Assembly (NCBI RefSeq): GCF_040938485.1
Contig: NW_027270961.1
Span: 2,604,001-2,668,000, forward strand
DNA from: Diadema antillarum
Lineage: Eukaryota
Length of the DNA: 64,000 bases
Reading direction: 5' to 3'
In this document: in pieces, positions 25,901-38,460 of the stretch
Numbering within the stretch: position 1 is the first letter of the stretch
Layout of the letters: each line of letters opens with the position of its first letter
The notes under the pieces: generated by a model
What the model was told of the DNA's origin: nothing
What the model saw: the letters and a program-made list of their open reading frames with translations, nothing else
Databases searched by the model: none
Position numbers and translations under genes: made by a program

Positions 25901-28900
25901 TTCATATTTCATAAGAGGCTTTTCATTATCTCACTTAGGAATGTTCAAAACATGAATCCCTACCTCAACCAGTACTGTACAGTCCCTTTAAGATACCCTC
26001 AAACCTCAGAAAAAAATAAAAGAAAAAGAAATATATTATATATGTGTATACATACATACATACACACATATATAATTTGTAGATCAACTTTGAGAAAACA
26101 GTTATCAGTTCTGTCCAGGTATTGAGTGAAATATTAAAATATCAGGAAAATAATTTGAATGCTTTGGCAGTAAGAGTATTTGTCGATTCTCACCAGTTAT
26201 TCTTTGTGCTGCATTTGTTGTCACCTGATATGTATTTTCAAGATTCAAGATTCAAGATTCAAATTTATTTGTCACTTCCATCAAATAAACAAAGAAATTA
26301 TATACAGTGTGTATGCAGAGGATATTTGTAATAATTGCAGAATGTGATTTAAAAAAGTACATATGAAAAGGAGTAACAGATGAAAAAACACAATTATATC
26401 TTTTTTATACATAAAGCATATAATACAAGTTAACTAAGGATGGGGATGGAAATGGAGGGTCATACCATGAAGCAAAGCTTGTACGATATGGGACCCTCTG
26501 ATATATTTTCATCCATTGCTGATAGTGTTTTTTCTCCCAATGCTCAGGAGTCGATTTGGGATACCCTGTCTGCCAATAGCAACCTCCATCAGATGAAATG
26601 GTTGCTCGAAGCCTTTGTAAGTTTTGATGTCACACTAGAAAGTGATGAAATGTCTGACCGTCGAGGTTACTAACCCTCATGTGCCTGGCATCATTCATTC
26701 TAAGGAAGTGGCCTTGTATCCATGGTAACCAACAATGACTGTCAATTTATCCTCCTCATCTTTCTTTTGATACCTATATAGCACTGAAGTCATCAGGCCA
26801 TGATATACTACCTAATTTATAAAGCATGTGAGAGATGAACCACTGTAGGTATATAAGTAAATACCATAGAAGCAATAAAGATACCATTAAACTCAGATGA
26901 CAATCTGATGTCAGTGGAAATGCTGAATTCCTGTGACTTCCAGATGAACATCTTGAGATATCAAGACTATGTTCAAATAAACAGCATATTTTACTACCTT
27001 TAGAAGAAGTGCTAGAAGGATTTACTCATCTCTGAGCATTCTGAAGATGCAGAACTTTCCTTTATCATGTTTTTGCTGTCTGTAGGTCTGTTTGTCTGTG
27101 TCAATCATACAAAATATTCCAGCCTTGCTCAATAATGGAATTGATATGTTCCCATATATGAGGGTTTATATATTGTTTGAGCAAATGTAGCAAAAGCTCC
27201 GTGTATGAAGGGAATGTTGTTAGTAATACTTACTCCCCAGGGACAAACATTCTGTATGTCAAATATATATTCTGTGCCCACATATGGATTCATTTTCAAA
27301 CTTTATATGAATTTCAATTTAAGTCAGTCTTGAATGTAGTAAATCAAAAATAAGAACAAAAGCCATAATGGTCCTCTTTTATGCTCTACCTATCCAGTCA
27401 GCCATTGATCCAAGGAATAGGAACGCATTGGAGAGCGCCCCCATTACGGTGTTTGCCGTAACTGATGGTGGACTAAGGGCCTTCTTCTCAGCACTCAACA
27501 GAGAACACACTGATGCATCAGAAGAGGTTTGTAAAGCCATCATACTTCTCACTGAAAGTTTTCAGTCAAAGTCATCAATTGTTACCTCTGCCAAGGGAGG
27601 AGGTTATGTTTTCATTGACGTTGGTTTGTTGGTTTGTTTGTAAGTGTGCAAAATAACTCAAAAAATATGAAATGGATTTGGATGTAACTTACAGGAAAGG
27701 TTGAGAATGACATAAGTAATAGATGATTAAATTTTGGTAGTAATCCGGGAATTTGTATGGATTTTATGATGGATTTTTGATTTTTTGACAGGTAGGGTCA
27801 ATGAACTTGGGAGTTCAAGCTGCGCTTTTTTGAGGTTTTCATATTATGTGCACTAAAGTGCATGCTCTAGTTTCTGCTAGGGCAAGGTGCACTGTGCACC
27901 TGAGGGTTGATGACGTAACAAAAGGCTTCTATACTGGGAATTTGGGCGATTTTTCAGCATGCATCGGATGGATGGAAATCATGTATCTCTATTGAAGAAC
28001 TATATCATAGATGGAAATTAGCTGCTTGGTGGAGGTCTTTGTTCTCAGAGTGCTTCTCTAGTTTGGATTGTCACACAGCTTGAGTTCCTATTTCAACTTT
28101 CAACTTGTTAACTTGGCATCCTTACCTGATGCTGATGTATCACCTTAAGAAAGGGACAATTCATAGAGACCCATTTTTCTTGGAAATTGTCATATACACA
28201 GTCGGGATACAGTCGTATTTGCTGTAATCATGATGATTACAAAAAGAAAAAAGAAAAAAGAGAGAATGTTGCTGTAATGTGAACATGTACACTCTTGATA
28301 CCTGTATATTCAGCAAAGAAAAATCATACTTAACAATATTGCATTACCAGAAAGGATGAAATGAAAGCTGAGATAGATGAATGTTGACAAATTCCCTTTT
28401 GTAGACATGTGTAGTATTTCACTGCTAAGTCAAACATTTGTAAATGGGAAACCCTTCTGAATTGTTCTCATATTTCAGCATCATATATCTACTCTACATT
28501 ACATACAATTGAAAATAACTCTGAAATGAAATGCTGTTAAAACTGAAGCTGATTTCCTGTGATACCAGTCTTTGGAACATATTTTGCAAGGTATCTTTCT
28601 CACAGCTAAGATTATGGTCACAGTTATAGCTACACAACATATAAAACATCCATTGTAAACATGGTCATAGCAAGATTAGTCTTACTCAAGTTTGTTGTTT
28701 CAAAGTACAATATGTTTTTTTTTTCCGTTTTGGCTGATGATTTTAAAAGAATGTGAAATGATTACTGGATATTGATCATTTCTCTTGTATTACTCCTGAT
28801 AACTTACAGGTGGTGAGGAATCTCATAAGTCGTCATCTTATCTATCAAAAGGTAGGATGATAATCCTCTGCACATAATAGTCTTCTTTAAACTATTCAGA

Positions 28901-31900
28901 CATTGATGTTTTGAAATTATTACTCTTTGAATATAAATAGATGTTTATAATGATAATTGAAATACACTATTAGATGGATTATTTTTCATAATTTTCAAGA
29001 TATCTAAACACTGGGGTGGGCATCTTGTGATTGATATGATTCAAGTGAATACTTTTTCGTATGTGTATTTTAGTGCTAGATCAAGACATTTTCTGAATGC
29101 ACCAGTGATGATGAAGTAACAAAGACAATCACTGTTGACATCTGGCAGAATTGTATACTGTTTATATCTAAAGATTGATATTGCTTGTTATACAATATTT
29201 AACAAGTTTAGTCCAGTTTGATTAGAGATAAGCCATATATTATTTTAGATGTTCTGGAAATTATGCCACTGGAGTTTGTTCAGTTGACTGATTTGCGTCA
29301 TGGCAACCAAACCAAGTATTCCAATATCAGCATTTAATGATATCAGTTTTATTTGAAGTAGATGATAGTAAGTGGTTAGTAGCAGTTACTTCAGTGAGTA
29401 ATATACGAGCAAGTCTCTCACTTCTTGTCTTTGTCAATACAAATACATTTTATCATTTACCCTCTCAAGACTTGTATCTGAAAGAATCATAGATGTGGAA
29501 ATTGCACTGTATGCTGATGATAATGACAGTTTTCATGCCTTTTGTGAATTGATATTTTTAGCTGAAATATTGGAAAGGCCTTTTTGCATACCTACAGGTC
29601 ATAATGTACACCAGGACAAAATTTGGCTTATGTATTCTCCAAATTAATTCAGTCCATGCTTTGTTGGCCTATTTAGAGGTATACAATCATAAATACTTAC
29701 AGACCAGTCAGTCTGTATGAGTATGATAATTCACCAGATAATGGACTGTACTCCAACAGGAAGGAGAAGAAGATAAGTTATTTATGCAGATCAAATTCTT
29801 GCAATATTTTGCCATTTTTTTTGTTTTGAATGATGACTCACTGAGAGTGAAAGGAGACTTTGTTTCTGATCCACTTTTCCTTGAATATTCACAGCTTTTT
29901 GCACATGATATGATGAAAGCGGGATCAGTAGTCATGAGTGATGGTACAACAGTAAAAGTTGAAGTCTTACAGGGGGTAAGTGATCCAACCGACTTTTAAA
30001 TATAATTCATTATTTGCTTCAATAAACCATTTGGTAGTCATATATAAATGCTTTGGATAGGTGCAAAGTAAATTTACAATTTTGTTCTGTTATGCATTCT
30101 TGCATTATTTATTTATTTATGAATATACTTATGTATTTATTGATTTATTTGTTGATTCCATTTTACTATATGTGTATGAATGTATTTAGTGGATATATTA
30201 ATGTGTATACTTACAATATATGTCTTTGTATAAATGTATGTGCATATGTATGTATGTCTATGTTACAAAGTATATGTTATGCTTGCAGGCTAAATTGTAT
30301 TTGTATTTTGATTGAAAGCTAGATTCAGCATTCAATTATACATTGTTGGTATAGATTGTATAAATCAGTCATATTCTGTCAGTGATATACATTTTTATTA
30401 AATCTACTTGTTTAGATATATGTTTGCTTGTAACTGATTTATATATTTATCTCTTCTTTGCTATCCTTCTGCTTAAAGGGTCAGATCAGACTCGGAAATA
30501 TTGCCACCATGAGGACGCTTGATGTCCAGTCTTCCAATGCAGTCATCCACATCATTGATGCAGCACTCTATGCAAATGATTCAGCCTATATTGAAACATG
30601 TGTGAGGGTCAGCACAGATTCGGTATGTAAAACTCTTGCTCAAAGCTCACGTGTTTAACCTACTCAGATACCATAAGTGTATGCAGGGGTCGCACTTAAC
30701 TTTTTTTTTAACTAGCCAGGCGGACTACTTAGAATCAATTTTGACACTGAAGCAATATTTTGGCTAGCCAGACGGAGTAGTAACTTCAGAATTTTATGAT
30801 TTTTAGCTAGTCCGACGTGATTTTGGGTGGCCAATGGCCAGCGGACCATTGCCAATTTCGAACCCTGGTATGTCATTCAGTGAAGCAACAAAAGGAAATC
30901 TAGAAGAAGAAAAGTCAAAGTGACTAATTATCCACACAATTTTCAGCAGCATGCTTATCTGAAACAAGGTTTCAGTTCCAAGCAGTTTTGGTAAGAAAGT
31001 TGCACACTGTTTTTTCACAAGGAAGTATAAGACATCTGCTTCTTCAAGTTTGATGTCCTTCAAAAATAAGACTCACTTTAGAAAACATTTCAGATAATGT
31101 TTCTTTATGATTTCACTCATTTCTTCATTCAAATGTGTTCATGCAATAATCTTCACTCTTTAATTTCATACAATTATTGTATGTCTGCAGGAGACAATTA
31201 TTATTTGAAGGAGTTGTAGGAGAGTATATGAAAAGAATAACTTGTGGTTACTTTCTCTTTCTGTCCAACCATGCTTTTCTATCCTGGATGAAAACCAACC
31301 CAGACCCAAGATGAAGAGTGCTGTGAGGGGTTCTTCTCTCCCCTCTGCATCCCTTGTCCAGGGGAAGCTGGTGTACCCTGCTCCGGCAATGGTCAGGTGG
31401 GGCACTTTTATTTCTCATATTGCTTGTGAGCTGTCATTATGCCATGAGAATCATGGTGCATTGTATGCTTAATGTGCAAGGCAGAAATCAAGCATATAGT
31501 ATATATCTGCACTGTATTATGAGTATAGCATTTGATGTTTACGCTTCAGTGTACATGAAAATAGTGACAGTCAATGTTACCTCTAAAAATAATTTGTGAT
31601 GTTTGGAAATGTGGAAAGTCAACATCATGTTAAGGATATTTGTGACCCACTACAACAAAATGATCCTAAAGTCGGGCGAGGTCGATTATTTGAAAATTGC
31701 ATGACACAATTCCCTAATCTTTCTGCTTTGAATTGATATACAACACGTCTTATAAAAATAATCGGCTGCGGAGATATCGATGTTTAAAAGAGAGCATGTC
31801 AAGATGTCTGGGAAATCACTGTCTCGAGAAAAGCGCCCTAAAAGTTCTCCTTGCGACGCTATCACAATCAAGAGACACGCAAGTCAGTATTCACCTCCGG

Positions 31901-34900
31901 ACAATGGAAGTTAAGCCCTAGCAACCCCCGAAATGCTCATTCAAACACAGCGTCGGCGGTCTCCTCACCGACCAATCAGTGACCAGGATGTCAGGAGAAG
32001 CGGCTAGGCATAGTTCAACCCGCCCGCACGCACCAGTCGACTGGGCAGAGTGCGAGCTTCACGCTTCGGTTAGCGGCAAGCAGCAAACTGACCAATGAGA
32101 TCACTCTGGTCGTTGTTAGGGGCGGAGCCTATGTGTGGCGCTCAATCCAAATGTTTGAACCAGTTTCTGCTTCGTTGAAACGCCAAAAAAACATGGCCCA
32201 GAAAAATGCTATTTTTTGGTCTTTCCTTTCATCATTTTGCTTCAAAATTTCGACAGATGATAGAAGACATGTCAGACTCTAATATAGGTTTTCCCGGTCA
32301 ATTTCATACTTTTGTCATTCAAGTTCCTATTCCGAGCATTCGATTTCACGCATTCCACTCTCGCAGCACTGAATCAGCAATCAAATTCAAAATCCGGTCA
32401 TTCGAATTCACTATCCGAGCATTCAAATTCACTGTCGGAGCATTCAAATTCACTATCGGAGCATTCAAATTCACTATCGGAACATTCAAATTCACTATCG
32501 GAGCATTCAAATTTAAGAGAGGAGCACGCATTTCATCAATGAGCAGTCAAATTCATGTCAAGCTGGCGACGGAATCTCGTCGGTCATTCAAATTCGTGAA
32601 TAGGCAACCATGTTCCAAATAACTGCATTCAATTTAAAAGAAGTCCTGAATTTAGTTAGTTTGGGGTCGTGTATGCATGTGTTTCTCATTTGGCTCTGAA
32701 TATATTGGGATTTATGATGATTATCTATTTTGCAGTAGAGGTCCACCTGTTCATTGACGATTTTGAACTCGCACTTAGCAAATAGGAATATACAGGCACA
32801 TGTCCCTCGGATTGGACATAAAATGGAGGTCCCACGTGTAAGAGAGTCACAACTCATGCACGTAAAAGATCCCACTTCATTTATTCATCGCAAAGAGCAG
32901 AACATCAAACTGGACCCCATATTATGGAAGACCACCTTTTGCAGCTGAATATGGGTTATCCAGCCATCTTGTTTGATGGAAAACGAAACAAACAAACAAA
33001 AATTAGGCACTGTATATGCCTACAGACGAGCATAATACGGAGGGTTGGTTGACACTTTCGAGGAAAAAAAAAATTCGACTATATTGAAACTGATACTTTA
33101 ACATTTTATACGTGTTGTTTGCTGTGTATTGCTGTCTTATTGATTTACTTTTGCGGGATTATGTGAGATCATTGTGTGTCAGTTTGTCTTTAAATTGATG
33201 AATTGTCATTATCATGATTATGTGGTTGGTGTTGGGGCGTTGTCAGCATGCAGTATCACCAAGAGATATGATTACTAGTCGTTGTGTTGTTTGGATGCAC
33301 TGCTGATGGCTGATTGGACATTGCAATTTGAAACTTATTGAGATGAAAAATAAAGAATACATGAGCAGAGAACAATGTAGAACCTGTAAACAACCATAAT
33401 TACACTATATGCAAGCCTTTATTGATTGTGTTGGCCCTTTTCCCTTTCTTAAAAGTCTACTCCATTTTCCTCGTTAAATTGATTGCACGAAGTAGGAACT
33501 TGATCGCCTAAAAATGAATTTGAACGCTCCAAACAAGCTCATTGGGACTATCACGTGACTATCGCATGAATTTGAATGCACGAGTAGGAAAGTCGGTGCT
33601 CGCATTTTGAAATTGAATGCCCAATAGTGAATTTGATTTCACGAAAACGAAATAGAACGCCCATAAATGAAATTGAACGCTCGGATTCTGAATTTGAATG
33701 CCCGAATATTTTCGCGTGCGTGCGCTGCCCGAATTTGAATGCACATTAATGAATTTGAGTGACAAAAATATGAAATTGACCGGGAAAACCTATAATATGT
33801 CAAATTCAGAAAATCGTAAGTTTTGACCAATTTTGATGCTCTAACTTCCAACTCGATTTTCACGGCTTCGACTGTGCGCGACTTTAGGGCCATTTTGTTG
33901 TAGCGGGTCACATTTCTATTCATTTCAAACCTTTAGCTTTTTCAAAAACAGCCTGAAACTGATTGATTGATAATTTCTGACTGCAAGTTTAATAGAGAAA
34001 TGTTTAATTGAGTTGAATTGATATTATCAATGCCCGTTGAAATGATAGAAGTCTCCATTACCACAAACATAGATATGGAAATGATTCATGATTTATTAAT
34101 TCATCCAATCAGAAGAGCTGTTGTCAAGTAGAAAATATTTCATATGAAAGCATACAATAAATTATACCCATTCAATGCTGTCAGCTGCCATTATTTTCTT
34201 GATCTTTGGACTTTTCATAAAATAGCTTGTCATCCAGGTTGGTTACAATCATGTGATTATATTGTTTCCTTTCATTTTCTGTTTGCATGTATTGGCTGAT
34301 GTAATCGTTTCTTGTGTCTCTAATTTCCTGTATAGTGTGATGATGGTAAGCAAGGCACTGGTCAATGCACTTGCCTTGACCGATTCACTGGTCAAGAATG
34401 TAACTTGTGTAGCAACCCAGCCATGTATGGACCGCACTGCAACCAGAGTACGTACCTTCTTAAACATGTATTTCTGTTATTAAATGATCTACATCATAAT
34501 CAAGTAAATAACAATATTACTTTCTCTGTACAGCTACCAGTATTTTGTCTCAAATTTCATCTTATAGTAATATCATGCTTTGTTCACATATTCTTAAGAT
34601 TGATTGACTTGTGAAACTCATATGACTGAGGCATGCATCAAATTATTCAAATAGAAAACTGGTAGGTAATATCATGGATTGCAATTTTGCTGGAGATGCT
34701 TATCTTTGGATTTTGGTGCTATAATGCCAAGAACTGACATGTCATAACTTGTAATGTTTTGAAATATGACAGGTCTTTTTTCAACATCTGGGATTATATA
34801 TAATGAGCTACTAGTCTGCCAAGTTAGCTAATGGCATAACATATCTTCTATAAGTCAGTTCACAAAACTTTGATACTGTTGCTTCATCTCATCAAACTTG

Positions 34901-37526
34901 AAGCTTGCTCCTGTCTGCATGGCCAGTGTAGCCGTGGCGACATCACCAACCTGGGAGCCTGTGCTCCAGACACCTGTTCCCCAGGATACCAGGGGCGTCA
35001 CTGTGACCAGCCCACGGCCCCACCCTGCTCCCCTCAGGAGAACCAGTGCCACACCCACTCTTCCTGTGTCTTGTCAGCATCTGGAGTCCCGAGGTCAGAA
35101 GGAAATATTTGGTATCATCATATGTTTGTATTCCACCATATCCCATTCATCAACCTGTTTGGGAAAACTATATACATACGATTATATTAGTGTTTATATG
35201 TAATGAGTTTTATTGAAGCTTTGAATAGCATCATACATATCCCCCCCACGAAACAAAAAACAAAAAACAAAAACAAAAACAAACAACTAACTTCTTTTTT
35301 TTTCTTTTGGTGAAGTAATATGACTGAATCTGTTTAGACACACTCCTTTTACCTTTTAGTTTCTAAAAGTAAATATTAGAAAAGAAATAAGGAAAGTGAC
35401 TTTACTGCTGTACAGAATCATGAACTAAACCTACGGGTGTTGCACTGCTATATTTTGTAGGTATTCACGAAATTTTACAAAGTCTCTCTTGAGACACTTG
35501 TTAGATTGAGGTAGGGCTGTCTGTTCCTTCTTGAAGGTGTCAGTTAGTGTTCATCAACATATGGATGTAAGGGCCTAGCAACACCTTCAAACTAGTCATT
35601 GAACCAAAATGGCAAAAGTTTTTGTGTATCAAGCACCTCTACTGATTGTGCCATATGTGACATCTATCCCCCCGTACATTTTGTTGGATTTTTCTGGCTT
35701 GATTTCATCTGTCTTCAATTTGCAATGCTTTCTTTCATATGAATATTAGAGTAACACCAATATGTATGGACTCTGAATACACCAAGCAATTACCATTTAT
35801 CCAGTGGCATACTACCTCACTATCTCTGTCATATTATGTGTTTTATTTACTGACCTAGATGTGTATGTGATGCAGGCTTCGAGGCTTCTGGTTTGGAATG
35901 CCTTCCCATCAACCCTTGCAACAGAGAGGAGTATGGAACCAGAGGCTGTCATCCTTTCTTGGTAAAATAAGCTTTTGATGTACAGATAGCCAAGTAGTGA
36001 TAGTAGAAACACATCACTTCAACCTCTTTTACATGATATAGTCTTATCTTAATATGGTGATGGAGCTTCTTCTTGTGACACTATGTTTTAAAATGGAGAT
36101 GTTGCAAATACATATGTAAAAGTGACATTGTTTTCATGTTATCAATCAATGTAAGTCTTTACTTCACCAGAATAAGTAGTGGAAGTGAATTTAAAGCTCT
36201 CAATAATAGCATCCGTCATTGAAATCAAGTATGAAAACTACTTATTAAATTGCTACACCACCCAAAACCATGGACCATTCATAATGATAATTGTTCTCTT
36301 GTTGTTTTTATTGTGTGAGTTTGTTTGGTTTTGTTTGTTTGTAGTTGTTTCTCTTTCTTTGTTGCTTTTCAAGCTTGAAATGAAAAGCACTTAAAACAAT
36401 GAATGACTTACTGTGCTGTGTTGTAGTTGTTTCATTTTCTTTGTTGCTTTTTAAGTTAGAAATTAAAAAAAGTTTAAAAATAAATGACTTACTGTGCTGT
36501 GTTGATACTTATGTATTTTATTCTCTGAATAGGAAACATGTGTCTATGAGAGGCCTGGCCAGAGTAGGTGTGTCTGTCTTCATGGCAACCAGACTGGTGC
36601 TGTGGAAGACAGCAGGTGTCACTCCCAGAGCAGCTGTCTCCAGGATAATGGAGGATGTCATCCTAACGCCACCTGCTTCCATTCACTCTTACTAGATCAG
36701 GTGTGTGGCCATTGTTGGTCTCCAGACTTTTGTTGTCTTGATGATATTTAACTTTTATTTAAAAAAAGATGTGTGGATGTGGCATAGCACTAAAGTGGAG
36801 TTCTGCATAATAACGCTCAGTCTTTATGAAACAGTCTTTGATGTCTGTCGTTATCAGATTGTTCTTTAAGAGTTTGAGTCTGTTTTGTGTCGATCAATTT
36901 TTGTGGGAGTAGGTCAATATCTTCAAGAAATTATCTGAATCGACACAGCATGATGTAACAACATTTCCTGCCATCAGTACCAGAGTATGCAAGAAGAAAA
37001 CATACTGCTGATAAGAGAGATAACAAACAAAAGAAGTTGTCTCATAGTTTGGGACGAATATTCCTCAACGGACTCCAGAGTGATTGCCGACAAAGTAACA
37101 GAATAAATCATTTATTTTGAAGAAATTCTAAATGATGAAAAATTGACATGCAATGACAATCTTGTTTTTATACATCAACAATGTGTGATGACTAATTGTC
37201 ATCAAAGCTAAATTATTTAATAGCTGGCTGATTTGTAAAGCTCGATCTGAACAGAATGTCAAGGATATTGGAGCAGTGCACAATATTGAAAGCAATTGAT
37301 CCAAATGTTCAAAAAGCTGTCATTAGTGTAGAGAAAAGACTGTTTTTAAGAGAGTGTTTGTGTTATGAATGTACCAAGGACTTGTGGTGTTTGTGGTGAA
37401 TAACTGACTAATATTGGTGTCTTTGTTTCTCAGGTTTCATGTTACTGTCTGCCTGGTTTTGACGGGAATGGTTTCTCCTGTGAACCCATCAATGCCTGCA
37501 TACCAAACAACCCATGTGATGCTTCG
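18822..37526 (+). CDS. STAB2: Stabilin-like (STAB1/STAB2 family) EGF/fasciclin scavenger receptor, 5' part only (18 exons, 959 codons, no stop found)
   Basis: Exons: 18822-19494, 20533-20676, 21505-21695, 22351-22554, 23335-23493, 24412-24558, 25222-25356, 26548-26616, 27398-27526, 28810-28851, 29895-29975, 30479-30622, 31304-31396, 34336-34447, 34904-35093, 35859-35961, 36533-36700, 37434-37526. All have GT-AG sites and compatible phases. Domain order: hydrophobic signal, Cys-rich module ending [13 protein letters not shown] cluster ending [14 protein letters not shown]1 (YTVFVP...[13 protein letters not shown]), FAS1 (ITVFAVTD...[13 protein letters not shown]), [10 protein letters not shown] and a second EGF cluster. 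This is the stabilin order. The exon 5 acceptor could instead be 23296. Paralog assignment (STAB1 vs STAB2) is arbitrary. Confidence 0.92.
19947..19991. repeat. (AAT)n microsatellite
   Basis: Direct reading. Confidence 0.95.
22618..22858. mobile_element. MITE with about 30-bp perfect TIRs in stabilin intron 4
   Basis: GAGTTTGTTCGCAAAAACCGATAAGTCCAT ... ATGGACTTATCGGTTTTTGCGAACAAACTC. Superfamily unassigned. Confidence 0.85.
25600..25987. mobile_element. Kolobok-like MITE, right part with internal palindrome
   Basis: Ends GTCCCT|TTAA. Internal inverted repeat GATGAAAATTGGTTTTGAAATGGCTGAGATATCCAAAAA / TTTTGGATATCTCAGCCATTTGAAAACCAATTTTCATC. Left boundary approximate. Confidence 0.65.
26236..26505 (-). 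mobile_element. L2-like 3' end (UTR stem-loop and tail only)
   Basis: GAGGGTC...ACAAGCTTTGCTTC...GACCCTC stem-loop with the same loop motif as the 4.3-kb L2, then AATAAA and a (TCTTGAA)n tail. Confidence 0.7.
27579..28061 (+). mobile_element. Complete short Helentron-type non-autonomous element (HINE-like)
   Basis: 5' TT...ACCTCTGCCAAGGGAGGAGGT (subTIR plus fold-back), then a (GTTT)-like microsatellite. 3' CTTGGTGGAGGT (the inverted subTIR), a short hairpin and CTAG|T. Confidence 0.75.
30684..30867. mobile_element. MITE with CAGGG...CCCTG ends and a 5-bp target duplication (GTATG)
   Basis: gtatg|CAGGGGTCGCACTT ... AATTTCGAACCCTG|gtatg. Confidence 0.7.
31642..33911. mobile_element. Sola1-like non-autonomous DNA transposon
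   Basis: About 45-bp TIRs (GTGACCCACTACAACAAAATGATCCTAAAGTCG / CGACTTTAGGGCCATTTTGTTGTAGCGGGTCAC) flanked by ATTT on both sides. A 4-bp AWWT duplication is the Sola1 signature. Confidence 0.7.
32285..33792. mobile_element. Nested fold-back element with TA duplication and a 21-bp minisatellite
   Basis: TA|TAGGTTTTCCCGGTCAATTTCATA... and ...TATGAAATTGACCGGGAAAACCTA|TA. About 6 copies of GAGCATTCAAATTCACTATCG at about 32390-32515, with degenerate inverted copies at about 33560-33750. Confidence 0.7.
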
Positions 37527-37574
37527 GTAGGTCAAAAACTTGTTTACACATATGTATGATTATTGTCAGGCGTA

Positions 37575-37742
37575 TTGGGAGATGCCAAGTAGTCTTCTCA
37601 TCCAGCCATGACTGAGCAGAAACTTTAAGAATTCATAATTTTTGAACGGATTGTCGGATTTTCCTCAAACTCTCACTGATGTGTTCTACTTATATTGCTG
37701 CATTCACTCAACCCACATGTCTATGAAGGTGAACCTTGTCCT
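37575..37742. mobile_element. Kolobok-like MITE, right-end fragment
   Basis: Matches the right end of 46261-46831 and ends GAAGGTGAACCTTGTCCT|TTAA. Confidence 0.8.
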
Positions 37743-37979
37743 TTAACCTATATGCAAACTAATTCAGATCAGTTGGGTGTGTTATATTCCATTTCCACGG
37801 CATCAGTGGGTGCTGTTCTTACTGCCAAAGCAGAGAGGTTTAACCACTTCTTGTATATCAGGTATATGGTGGACAAGATATTCGTTTACTCCACTTTGAT
37901 GAAGACACTTAAATCTTATACATTTCTGTTTCCTTATTAACATGACATGTAAAAATGCACAAGTTCAAGCTGGAGTACC

Positions 37980-38460
37980 CCATTTATTAACAATCTTCTT
38001 AACATCGGAACAAGATCTGGAGTTACCCCTATATCCTACATACCTGACATTCTTGTCGGTGCGACACGTATTGAATAAATTCCGACGATGGCCACAGGAA
38101 ACAGAGAAAATTCTCCAGGCACCCCGATCAAGTAACGGGACCTCGACGATGGCCCCACCTGTCAAACTCACGCCCACGTGCACCCAGTCGCTCACTGTAT
38201 GCCTTCTGTGCCATAATCCGCGCAAGAACATCACCCTTCTTGACCATTATATGCGGCAGTAATACTTCAAACTTAATTTTCGGATGTTGATCACCTTCCA
38301 GACGTAAAACAAACATCAAAGAGTTCAGAAACGTTCTAAAGACACATGCACCATCTAAAGAGCTACGTAACCCTTTTCGTCATTCATCTACTACAATAGC
38401 ATGTAAGGATTGTTCAACTTCGATGTACACACCCTACACAGCACCCTCAATCTTGTTCTG
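37980..38460 (+). mobile_element. Possible highly decayed Penelope-like remnant
   Basis: Fragments in shifting frames (PISY..DILVGA, PTCQTHAHV, ICGSNTSNLIFGC, HTLHSTLN) echo the Penelope linker and GIY-YIG pattern. Weak. Confidence 0.3.

Noticed and set aside
32206-32622. ORFs with heptad repeats (FKFTIGA, SNSLSEH) and a CRISPR-like 21-bp period
   Set aside because: Translation of a spacer-less 21-bp minisatellite inside a non-autonomous transposon.
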